From the UHGV virus genome UHGV-0179344: a stretch of DNA of 17,717 bases. One strand, given 5' to 3'. The notes under the pieces were generated by a model. It was not told the origin of the DNA. It was given only the letters and a program-made list of their open reading frames with translations, and ran no database searches. Of this stretch, positions 1 to 7,676 are shown piece by piece (the first letter of the stretch is position 1; each line of letters starts with the position of its first letter). The DNA is from a virus. A program made the position numbers and the translations under genes.

Positions 1-1727
1 TCGGTGTAACGCACCAGGCCGCTCTGGAAGTTGATATTCACCTCGAAGGCGTCCAGTGTTTCGCCATCCGGGCAGGCGAGGAAAGGTCCTACCCACTCGT
101 AGTCGTCGCTGACACCCGTCACGGTGGCATCCAGCAGCGTGCGCTCGGTGAAGCCAGGCCATGACGGGTCAGGCGTCGTGATAGTCTCACCTGCCGGGCC
201 TGTGGTGACCGTTATCCGCTCAACCGTGACCGTCTGGCTGTCGATAGCCGTTATGCGGAACTGATTTCCGGCCAGCCCCAGAGAGAAACGCTGAATGCCC
301 TCCGGCAGTCCGGTGAACGGCGTGCCAGCGGCGCTATTGTAGGCCAGCGTGATGTGCGCCCTGACTTCCGCCGTGCCGCCCGCTGACTTCACGCCTGTTG
401 TATTAACCGGGGCATCCCCAAACGCAGACGCGGGTAACGGGCTGTTCGTGATGGACCCGCCAGCAAAGGGGCTGCTGGCCTCACCGATTTCGAGACGCCC
501 ACTGTTATCGCGGGCAACCAGGCCGGAACCGGAGAGCTGCGATGTGATCGACGAAGTAAGGCCCGACATGGTGACGTAGTTGGTAACCAGAGATACCGGA
601 TAGGTCGTTCCCTGCCAGCTGATGCTGAACGTCACCGGCGCGGTGCTGAAATCGTAGGTGGTCGGCGCGGCACTGGCAGTTAAGGTCGCGGCACTTCCCC
701 CTACTCCCGGCACCGCCGGAACGCCCGGGGCATAGCTGGCGATCACCAGGTCATAGTCGTTGCCGTTATAGTTCAGCGTCACCGGCATGCCGACGGACGG
801 GGCCAGTTCTTCTATTCCGCCATAAATGACGCTGTAACCGCCGGACGACACGACAGTATAGGAGTTGGGGGCCAGCACGGTGATCACCGTCCCGACTGTC
901 CAGGACGGCGGAATTTCCTCATCCCCGCCGGATGCCGATACGTCAACCAGGGTGATGGTGTTGCCGGACACGACCAGCGCATCAGCGATGATACTGACTG
1001 TTTCCGGGCCGCTTGAACCCAGATCCAGCCCGGCGGTACCGGAACCTGTATTCCCCACCTCAGGTGAGTTGAACCAGTTTTCGGTGCGCGCGTCGCCGGA
1101 TACCGTAGCGCCAGGCGGATAGATGGTGTAACGCACGTCGGTACCAAACGCGGAGATCGGCGTATTGCCTATCTTAATGTCGGACTGATTAATCACCATG
1201 TCGCCGACGCCCACGCACAGGAACATGCTGGTTTCCATACTGGTCTCGTTGACGAACCGGCTTACCGGTTGCATCACGTAATCAGGCCAGACACGATATT
1301 TCCCGAAGATTTCCCGGATGGGGTCACCCAGTTTCGCCGCGTTTGCTTTGGCAGGGTTCAGGTCAATCTGATCGCCGCTCGCCGCCTGTGCACCACTGCC
1401 GCCGGGCTGAGACATCGTACTCATCATGTAGATGCTGTAAGCCGCAGAGGCGACGGCTACGCTGACTGCAACCCAAATCGCGATTTCTGCGCCGGTACCG
1501 TATGGCACCGGGTACATTCTGACGTCAGTTTCACGTTTGATGACGCACAGTGGCCACTCTGCTGGCGGAACGGGTAGGCCGTCGATTTCAACCGCGACCG
1601 GGTGCTGCTGATCCGGCGTCCAGTCCTGCACATTCTGCGCAAACCAGGCGCTGAGGTTCATGGTTTCGTGTTGGTGCGTTTCCAGCGGCTCTCCCTGCAG
1701 TCGGGAGGGGTAGATTCGTATCGTCAC
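1..1727 (-). CDS. Large tail-tip / host-specificity protein (J-like central fibre), 5' portion only; C-terminus lies beyond the window start
   Basis: Hand translation of the minus strand from ATG 1661 to the window start gave no stop in my reading (about 553 codons); the ORF track omits it because it has no stop in the window. Predicted N-terminus MNLSAWFAQNVQDW, one hydrophobic helix (AEIAIWVAVSVAVASAAYSIY), then Gly/Thr/Ser-rich fibre-like sequence. Alternative start GTG at 1727 overlaps the upstream TGA (GTGA) with GGAG 8 nt upstream; ATG 1661 is the other candidate. Position directly after the K-like gene matches lambda-like tail-tip order. Confidence 0.55.
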   Translation of the reverse strand, partial: MTIRIYPSRLQGEPLETHQHETMNLSAWFAQNVQDWTPDQQHPVAVEIDGLPVPPAEWPLCVIKRETDVRMYPVPYGTGAEIAIWVAVSVAVASAAYSIYMMSTMSQPGGSGAQAASGDQIDLNPAKANAAKLGDPIREIFGKYRVWPDYVMQPVSRFVNETSMETSMFLCVGVGDMVINQSDIKIGNTPISAFGTDVRYTIYPPGATVSGDARTENWFNSPEVGNTGSGTAGLDLGSSGPETVSIIADALVVSGNTITLVDVSASGGDEEIPPSWTVGTVITVLAPNSYTVVSSGGYSVIYGGIEELAPSVGMPVTLNYNGNDYDLVIASYAPGVPAVPGVGGSAATLTASAAPTTYDFSTAPVTFSISWQGTTYPVSLVTNYVTMSGLTSSITSQLSGSGLVARDNSGRLEIGEASSPFAGGSITNSPLPASAFGDAPVNTTGVKSAGGTAEVRAHITLAYNSAAGTPFTGLPEGIQRFSLGLAGNQFRITAIDSQTVTVERITVTTGPAGETITTPDPSWPGFTERTLLDATVTGVSDDYEWVGPFLACPDGETLDAFEVNINFQSGLVRYT

Positions 1728-2155
1728 TGATAATACTCCACGCGGACAAAGCGGCGCGCAAATCGCGCCAGCGGCAGGAAGGTCACGTTAGTGCGGGGGT
1801 TGCATTCAGCGGCGCACATCTGGCCGTCAATCTCGACCACGATGGCAACGTGCGTCACCACTGAACCGGAATAACAGGCAATGCCCGCGCCCGGTTCAGG
1901 TTCACAACGCCGCAGATCAGCCATCAACCCGCGCGCCTCCCGATCAAGGCCGTTATCATCCTTCGTGACCCCGGCAAAATCAGGCCATGGCACCAGACCA
2001 AGGTCGCGCCTGATTTCATTAACGATGCCAAAGCAGTCGAGCGCAGGGTAAATACGCCCGCCCTTCTGCCACTCGACAGAACGGTATTTATCAGGGTTAA
2101 ACCGACCGTCTTTGCAGGATGAATTCATTATTGAGGCGCTTGATAAGCTCATCAT
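1724..2155 (-). CDS. Tail-tip NlpC/P60-family cysteine peptidase (lambda K-like, without an MPN domain)
   Basis: 143 aa with Cys in YPALDCFGIV and His in VVTHVAIVVE, the spacing expected for an NlpC/P60 catalytic pair. AAGGAG sits 5 nt upstream of ATG 2155. Position between L-like and J-like genes. Confidence 0.6.
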   Translation of the reverse strand: MMSLSSASIMNSSCKDGRFNPDKYRSVEWQKGGRIYPALDCFGIVNEIRRDLGLVPWPDFAGVTKDDNGLDREARGLMADLRRCEPEPGAGIACYSGSVVTHVAIVVEIDGQMCAAECNPRTNVTFLPLARFARRFVRVEYYQ

Positions 2156-2279
2156 TTGACTCCTTAATCATCTTCTCTGCCTCTGCTCGGGTGATGAGAT
2201 CGGGCTGGTTGTGACATTCATGGTGGATATCGCGAGGATGCGCTGACGCCAGCGGGTTGCCGGTGTTGTATTTGTTCAT
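2097..2279 (-). CDS. Hypothetical small protein (60 aa) overlapping the 5' end of the peptidase gene
   Basis: ATG at 2279 with AGGAAA 5 nt upstream, starting 10 nt after the stop of the upstream gene; His/Cys cluster HHECH. The last 59 nt overlap the RBS and start of 1724..2155, so it may be spurious. Confidence 0.25.
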   Translation of the reverse strand: MNKYNTGNPLASAHPRDIHHECHNQPDLITRAEAEKMIKESNDELIKRLNNEFILQRRSV

Positions 2280-2288
2280 AATGATTTC

Positions 2289-2771
2289 CTACTGGAGGTA
2301 ACGGAGGCCCGGGAAGTTCGGCAGCGTGTAGCGGTAGCGTGGCCATGCGGTATCGAGAATATTCATGTAGCCGGCGGTGATAAGCACCTGAGTTGCCGTC
2401 CAGTACCCTTCTTTAACTGCCATGGTAAATGGCGGAGACGCAGGACCGGAGAGGTCAGTCGAGATATACCGGCGGAATGTCAGGGATGCATCACTGAGGT
2501 TATCCAGCGCGTTGCGGATTGCGGTTGATACCACGCCATCAACATTGCTGATTGCTAATTTCAGATCCTGAGTACCGTCTGCATTACGCGCCGGTAACGC
2601 CACATCTATGGCTGAAGCAAGGAACGTTGCCTGAGCGCCATTATCCAGCGTCACGGTAATGTCATCCCAGCCGCGGGTCAGCCAGTAATTCTGTCCGCCA
2701 ACAGTGATCTGTAGCGTGTCGATGATAACTTCCCCACCGCCGCTGGTATAAAGCCTGTCCAATATTGTCAT
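2289..2771 (-). CDS. Minor tail / tail-tip assembly protein (L-like by position)
   Basis: 160-aa ORF whose ATG overlaps the upstream stop (ATGA); call is by gene order after the tape measure gene, no motif recognised. Confidence 0.5.
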   Translation of the reverse strand: MTILDRLYTSGGGEVIIDTLQITVGGQNYWLTRGWDDITVTLDNGAQATFLASAIDVALPARNADGTQDLKLAISNVDGVVSTAIRNALDNLSDASLTFRRYISTDLSGPASPPFTMAVKEGYWTATQVLITAGYMNILDTAWPRYRYTLPNFPGLRYLQ

Positions 2772-3232
2772 GCCTCAGGCCACTCCCTGTTCAATGCCAG
2801 GTCAATAATGTCCTGGTTAACCACGAAATAAGGGAATTCTGCCCAGCCAGGAGGAAGAAGCGGTCTTTCCCACAATTCCAGGGTCGCTGAGAATCGCCAG
2901 TAAATTGGCGCCACGAGAACAGGCCCATCGTAAATATCGGTGAACCGGCACTTGTAGCTCTCAACCCCGCGCGGCGTCTGAAGACGCATAAGAAACCATG
3001 CTGCACCATCAGAAATTGTTTCCCGATACCATGCTTCAAAAAGCTGAGCCTGCCCATCTGTCGTGAACATCCAGGTCACAGTGGCTTGGGTTGGTGTCGA
3101 GGTGTACTGCCTGCGCTGCCTGGCTCGCCCCGAAGTCAGTTGAGTGCGAAGTAATGGACTTACTGGTTTAAAACCATATCCGTCCTGCAATGGCAGCGGC
3201 AGATATTCATGGGGGTAACTCGCCATTGCCAT
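2768..3232 (-). CDS. Minor tail / distal tail protein (M-like by position)
   Basis: 154-aa ORF starting 2 nt after the tape measure stop; call is positional only. Confidence 0.5.
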   Translation of the reverse strand: MAMASYPHEYLPLPLQDGYGFKPVSPLLRTQLTSGRARQRRQYTSTPTQATVTWMFTTDGQAQLFEAWYRETISDGAAWFLMRLQTPRGVESYKCRFTDIYDGPVLVAPIYWRFSATLELWERPLLPPGWAEFPYFVVNQDIIDLALNREWPEA

Positions 3233-3233
3233 A

Positions 3234-6200
3234 TTAGGTCATCCTGTTTCCGCGACCCTGAGCCGCCCTGAGTGATTTACCGAACTGGCCTTTGCCTTCC
3301 AGAGTCTGATTACTAAGCTCGTTCACGAGTTGTTTGTTATTCAGCTTCAGCACTGCATCCATCTCCTGCTGAGTCATACCAGGGCTTTGCGGCATGTTGA
3401 TAATCTGGCTGATGTGGTTTGTTTGTGAACTGCCACCTGAAGAGGACTCATTCTTGCTACCCGTCCCGAAACCTGGCTTTGACAATGTGGCATCCAGCCC
3501 ACCATTGCGAATAGCCTCAAGGTTAGAGACTCCAATGCGCTTGGTTGCCGCAGCGTCAAAGACGTATTCCTGCCCATGCACAACGCCAGAGATAGACCGC
3601 GTCGCCCCATTCCCGGTGTAGCCGCCGGACTGAAACCCAACAGCCGCAGCGCTGGTAATGCTCGAGGTTATAGTGGACATAAGCCCCACAACCTGAGCAA
3701 TGGCAGCAAGGTTTGCCGGAAACGGAAGCCCGGCCAGCGCCTGCCCCATCGCCATCGGCAACTGCAGGGCTGCCTGCGCCAGCGCGAACGCTTTCTGAGT
3801 GATGAACGCCGCTTTGTACATCGCTGACTGTTCGCCAAACATCGTCCCCATAGAATCAGTGATGCTGGAGAACGAGTTTTGCGCGGACTGAGCCTGAGCA
3901 GCGTAAACAGCCATACTCATAGCCTCCTGATTCTGGTTGCCCTGCTGGCGAAGCGCGTCCAGTTGTTGCTGCTTCTTCTGCTCATTCAGGACGCTATTCA
4001 TCGTTATCGCTTTTTCCTGATCACTCAGCCATTTGGCATAATCGCCCTGAGCAGTTTTCAGCTTTTCAATAATCTCCAGTTGCGGGTCAATTTGCAGGCC
4101 GATCATGTTCATGCCCTGACCTGACAAATCATTGTTTGTTGCGCCAGATTTCAACGTCCCACCAGCGGCATTAACACCGGATATTACAGAATCAGGCAGC
4201 ACCGATTTGCTAATCAGGTCGCTCGCTTGTTGCCCTGCGGCTTCCGGCGAAAGCTGTTTAAGCGTCACCATTTTTTGTAGAATCTCCAGGCGTTTCTGGA
4301 GTGTCTCGTTTTGCCTGATCTCTTTCGGTGCGATGTCCTCCTGCATTTTCCGGTAGTCGTCGAGCGTCTTCACCTGCCCCTGCAACGCCTCCTGATTTTT
4401 ATATGCCTGCAGAATTTCTTCAGAACGGGAGAGAATAGACTTCTGGTCGGCGGTTAGTTGCGCCTTAGACTTGAGGTCTGCAATCTGCTGCTCGAACTTA
4501 ACTCTCGCCTGTGTTGCGCTGTTAAGCTTGTCACTGGCATCCAGTTGGGACTGCATGGCTGCAGTCTGCTGATTTATCTGATCAAGTAACCGGGTTGCAG
4601 CATCCTCTGTATAGGCTTTCCCCTTGGGCGCCTTGGGTGTTTTCGGGTCTTTGTAGCGGTCATTTATTTCAGAATATATTCTGTCATATTCTTCTTGAGT
4701 ATATTTCCCGCGATACTTGGATAGCTCAGCCAACTCTTTAGCACGTTGCTGCTGCCGTGTCTGATATTTCTGAGAAAAGGCATCAGCCTTCTGCTGTAGT
4801 TTTATCCCTTCCTGCTGTTTTTTAAGGTATGGGTCATAGGATTCATTAATGGCGTCCTGAGCCATTTTCTCGGACTGCAATGAAGCTAGTCGCGCTTTAG
4901 CAGCATCGACCGCCTTTTGAAGCATGGAAAGGTCGCTAGACTTCCATGCGCCATATGGCCCAGCATATTTTGATTGTCCGGCACTTAAATCAGAGAGTGA
5001 CTTTTGCGCCCTACCCAGTTCGTCCTGAGCTTCTGCTATTTTTTGATCTATAGATTTTTCACGACCTATATCTAGCATGGCATCCCAGGCACCTTTCGCG
5101 GCATCACCCAACCATTTCCATGCCTGCTCCAGTGAGCCTAGGTTACCCTGAATCTGGTCAGCACGCTGCTTCATAGTCGCAGCATACGTATCTGTCGCCA
5201 GTCTCGCAGCCTCTTGCTGATTACCCTCGTCCTGCAACGCCTTAATCTGGTTGTAGGTTGCTAGAGTCAGGAAGTGATATTTGTCGTTCAGTTCTCCGAT
5301 AGCCGCTACCGGGTTTTGTGCGATTTTCTCGAAGTCTGCCACCATGCTATCGACAGATTTATCGGTCGCATCGTTCATTGCGACAACGGCCTCCGTGACA
5401 GTCTGCATTGAACCTGTAGCGATTTTACCACCAGAAACAACACGGTTTAGTGCCTGAGCGGCGGCGGCTGTGGTATTCCCTGTGTTATCTGCGACAGATT
5501 TCGCCATGTCTGCCAATTGCCCGGTGGTTACCCCGGCAATATTCCCGGTCAGAACAAGGGACTTATTGAACTCCTGTTGCTCCTGGCTGCCTTTGTACCA
5601 GGCATATGTGAGAGTACCCACAACTGCGACAAGAGCGCCGATCCCGATAGTCATGGGATTGAGAAAGCCAGTGAGTTTTTTGGCATTCTCAGCATTTTCA
5701 GACAATGAGTTAGCGTTATCTGACAGAGAATCACTGGATTCATCGGCGGCATCTCCGGCTCCCAGTATCTGCTGTTTTATGATTTCGAAAAGATTACCCC
5801 AACCGCCAAAAGAATCGGCGATCTGCGAACCCTGCTGCATGAAGATAGTGAACAAAGGCATACCGCCAGCCAGGCCAACAGCAATATCATTCAGTTGCGC
5901 GGGGAGTAACCGCATGGCATTTTTATACTGACCTGCCGAGATAGCACCATACCGCATTTCATTGCTGACCTGATTGAGACCTTTCTCCGTCAAATCCAGC
6001 TTATTTGAAAGCTCTGCGTGGTATTCAGGAGACAGGAGTCCAGCATCCCTAGCAGCCGATAATGTCGCGCGCTGGCTTTTCAGCCTTTCCAGGGCTGCGC
6101 CAAGAGGGTCTAATTGCGAGCGTATTTGAGAGAAACTAGCCTGGAGTTTTTCATTCTCTCCAGTGAGACCACTAACCCTGTTTCTGGCATCATCAATTTT

Positions 6201-6503
6201 GGCTGCGTAATCTTCAAAACTATCAGCATCTAAGAGGCCTTTAGATTTTGCCCGAGAAAGCTCCTGCTGTTGTTTGTCTAATTTGTTGAGGGCTGCGTTG
6301 ACTGGGTCTATGCTGTCAAGCAAATCCTGAAGCGCTGACTTTTCCTCCTGAGTAGCTTTTGTCACCCTCCCTGCGCTTGCGGCTGCCTTTTGCCCCCACT
6401 CTGTTAAGCCATGAAGAGCACTGGACAAACTGCTGGCATTTTTTTCCGCGCCTGTACTGTCAATGATTATCGCAAGGCGTGATGTTTGTTCAGGCATTAC
6501 CAT
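3234..6503 (-). CDS. Tail tape measure protein
   Basis: 1089 aa, Ala/Gln/Leu/Lys-rich helical sequence with hydrophobic segments (MTIGIGALVAVVGTLTYAWY, FALAQAALQLPMAMGQALAGLPFPANLAAIAQVVGL) and a Gly-rich C-terminus; lies between the chaperone genes and the tail-tip genes. GGAGA precedes the second ATG (6497), which may be the true start. Confidence 0.85.
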   Translation of the reverse strand: MVMPEQTSRLAIIIDSTGAEKNASSLSSALHGLTEWGQKAAASAGRVTKATQEEKSALQDLLDSIDPVNAALNKLDKQQQELSRAKSKGLLDADSFEDYAAKIDDARNRVSGLTGENEKLQASFSQIRSQLDPLGAALERLKSQRATLSAARDAGLLSPEYHAELSNKLDLTEKGLNQVSNEMRYGAISAGQYKNAMRLLPAQLNDIAVGLAGGMPLFTIFMQQGSQIADSFGGWGNLFEIIKQQILGAGDAADESSDSLSDNANSLSENAENAKKLTGFLNPMTIGIGALVAVVGTLTYAWYKGSQEQQEFNKSLVLTGNIAGVTTGQLADMAKSVADNTGNTTAAAAQALNRVVSGGKIATGSMQTVTEAVVAMNDATDKSVDSMVADFEKIAQNPVAAIGELNDKYHFLTLATYNQIKALQDEGNQQEAARLATDTYAATMKQRADQIQGNLGSLEQAWKWLGDAAKGAWDAMLDIGREKSIDQKIAEAQDELGRAQKSLSDLSAGQSKYAGPYGAWKSSDLSMLQKAVDAAKARLASLQSEKMAQDAINESYDPYLKKQQEGIKLQQKADAFSQKYQTRQQQRAKELAELSKYRGKYTQEEYDRIYSEINDRYKDPKTPKAPKGKAYTEDAATRLLDQINQQTAAMQSQLDASDKLNSATQARVKFEQQIADLKSKAQLTADQKSILSRSEEILQAYKNQEALQGQVKTLDDYRKMQEDIAPKEIRQNETLQKRLEILQKMVTLKQLSPEAAGQQASDLISKSVLPDSVISGVNAAGGTLKSGATNNDLSGQGMNMIGLQIDPQLEIIEKLKTAQGDYAKWLSDQEKAITMNSVLNEQKKQQQLDALRQQGNQNQEAMSMAVYAAQAQSAQNSFSSITDSMGTMFGEQSAMYKAAFITQKAFALAQAALQLPMAMGQALAGLPFPANLAAIAQVVGLMSTITSSITSAAAVGFQSGGYTGNGATRSISGVVHGQEYVFDAAATKRIGVSNLEAIRNGGLDATLSKPGFGTGSKNESSSGGSSQTNHISQIINMPQSPGMTQQEMDAVLKLNNKQLVNELSNQTLEGKGQFGKSLRAAQGRGNRMT

Positions 6504-6514
6504 TCTCCGGACAT

Positions 6515-6543
6515 GAAAAAACCCGCCGTAGCGGGTTTTGTTT
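6515..6543 (-). terminator. Intrinsic terminator after the small secreted-protein gene (symmetric, potentially bidirectional)
   Basis: Plus strand aaaaaa-CCCGC-cgta-GCGGG-ttttgttt: a 5-bp GC stem with tetraloop flanked by A-run and T-run; on the minus strand it directly follows the TAA of 6542..6826 and precedes the tape measure RBS. Confidence 0.5.
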
Positions 6544-6826
6544 ATTGGCGAGACTTTTTATCTCTCTCGTGCTCTGAGGCTATGTAATCATAGGTGATTT
6601 TAGCATTGCGGCATTGCTTAGATGTATCCCCGTCAATAAGGCACTCTCCGTGATATCTGGAGATATTTGATGACATGCTAATAGCAGATATGAAAATAGA
6701 CTCGCACCTTTTGTCGCCATTGCACGCCTGGACCCTCATGCTATCCAGAAGTTGAACTTCCTCAATTTGTGCAAAAGAATAACCACATGAAAAAGATAGG
6801 ACCAAACCCAAAATTATTTTTTTCAC
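6542..6826 (-). CDS. Small secreted (periplasmic) cysteine-rich protein, moron gene; function unknown
   Basis: From GTG 6826: MKKIILGLVLSFSCGYSFA followed by QIEE, a classical Sec signal peptide with an AXA-like cleavage site and no lipobox; mature part about 75 aa with 4 Cys. ATG 6847 is an alternative start (gives 101 aa). Local GC is about 40% against about 55% for flanking phage genes. Confidence 0.5.
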   Translation of the reverse strand: MKKIILGLVLSFSCGYSFAQIEEVQLLDSMRVQACNGDKRCESIFISAISMSSNISRYHGECLIDGDTSKQCRNAKITYDYIASEHERDKKSRQ

Positions 6827-6856
6827 TCCACACCCCATCAGTAACATTTACCAACA

Positions 6857-6883
6857 TCGTATCAGGTGCTGATCCCGAATCAA
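6857..6883 (-). promoter_or_regulatory. Candidate sigma70 promoter for the secreted-protein gene
   Basis: On the minus strand TTGATT, 16 nt, TACGAT, ending a few nt upstream of the candidate starts. Weak match, by eye only. Confidence 0.2.
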
Positions 6884-6943
6884 CCTAACGGGGGTGAAAA
6901 TTGCGCTTAGTTGCGGGTAGACCGCCGAAGCGGGCCACGCTTG

Positions 6944-7498
6944 TTATTCAGGTAGAGCTTTGCCAAACCCGGGAAGCCTTATCTGCCCTTGCTGTTCAAT
7001 GCGCTCGATGCGAGCAAGCAGCTCGGGCTTTTTAACTCTGCCCCAGCGATTAAGCAGGCGACCTGACATGCTGGCCACGTCTTTCTCTTTCATGAACTCC
7101 AGCATGACGGCGTTTCGCTCCTCCTCAAACTGGCGCTGACCAATCTGAAGCATTGCGTACATCCAGTTGAAAGCGTTGATGTAAGCAATCTTGATCCGCA
7201 TGGCTTCTTTCTTGGTATAAGACATCACAAGAAGCATTAATCCATCCTTGCGGAGACGGTAGAACTTCTGCGGCTTACCATTCTGTAACTCATTGTTTTT
7301 ATAGCAAAGCTCAAAATTGAGCTTTGTATCAAACTCTGGAGGGCAAGCATCAATAGTCCTTTCAATATCGCGGACTACGTTTTTCGATAACTTGCCAAAT
7401 GCTTTTGCCACCATAAAAGAATCGGTAACCGGATCGTTGTTTGCTACAAAAATCAGATCGCGGAAATCGATGCCGTTAACGACTGTTGGGTAGTTCAT
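6944..7498 (-). CDS. Rha-family phage regulatory protein (N-terminal Rha domain, uncharacterised C-terminal region)
   Basis: The 287-aa track ORF has a junk Arg/Ser/Pro-rich N-terminal 103 aa that overlaps the upstream gene and terminator. From Met104 (ATG 7498, AAGG 8 nt upstream) the sequence VANNDPVTDSFMVAKAFGKLSKNVVRDIERTI ... RKDGLMLLVMSYTKKEAMRIKIAYINAFN matches my memory of the Rha-family N-terminal domain. Low GC (about 35-45%). Confidence 0.65.
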   Translation of the reverse strand: MNYPTVVNGIDFRDLIFVANNDPVTDSFMVAKAFGKLSKNVVRDIERTIDACPPEFDTKLNFELCYKNNELQNGKPQKFYRLRKDGLMLLVMSYTKKEAMRIKIAYINAFNWMYAMLQIGQRQFEEERNAVMLEFMKEKDVASMSGRLLNRWGRVKKPELLARIERIEQQGQIRLPGFGKALPE

Positions 7499-7650
7499 AG
7501 CGTGTACCTTACTTTGAGATGAACCTTTGCCGCATAGGAGATCAGCCCGTCGAGGCTCGCCAGCACTAACTGACATCCTCAAAGGCTCATTCCAAAGGGT
7601 TGGGTTCGACGTGGTTGGATGCGCTGCGGTGCGCGGTGAAATTCGGATAC

Positions 7651-7676
7651 AAAAAAGCCCCGGCGATTGCCGAGGC
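7651..7676 (-). terminator. Intrinsic terminator immediately after the GT chaperone stop
   Basis: Minus-strand RNA GCCUCGGC-AAUC-GCCGGGGC followed by UUUUUU, an 8-bp stem with one G-U pair. The pairing works only for the minus-strand transcript, matching the gene orientation. Confidence 0.5.

Noticed and set aside
349-1642. Short ORFs on both strands (349..579, 865..1122, 884..1147, 1269..1577, 1457..1642)
   Set aside because: All fall inside the long open minus-strand frame of the J-like gene, which explains this region better.
2791-3057. 88-aa minus-strand ORF
   Set aside because: Alternative frame nested inside the 2768..3232 tail gene.
5470-5931. Plus-strand ORFs inside the tape measure region (153 aa and 63 aa)
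   Set aside because: Antisense to the tape measure gene; hydrophobic, Cys-rich translations without start context.
6542-6847. Lipoprotein call for the small secreted protein
   Set aside because: No lipobox before the Cys in LSFSCGY (positions -3 to -1 are S, F, S); a signal peptidase I site after SFA fits better.
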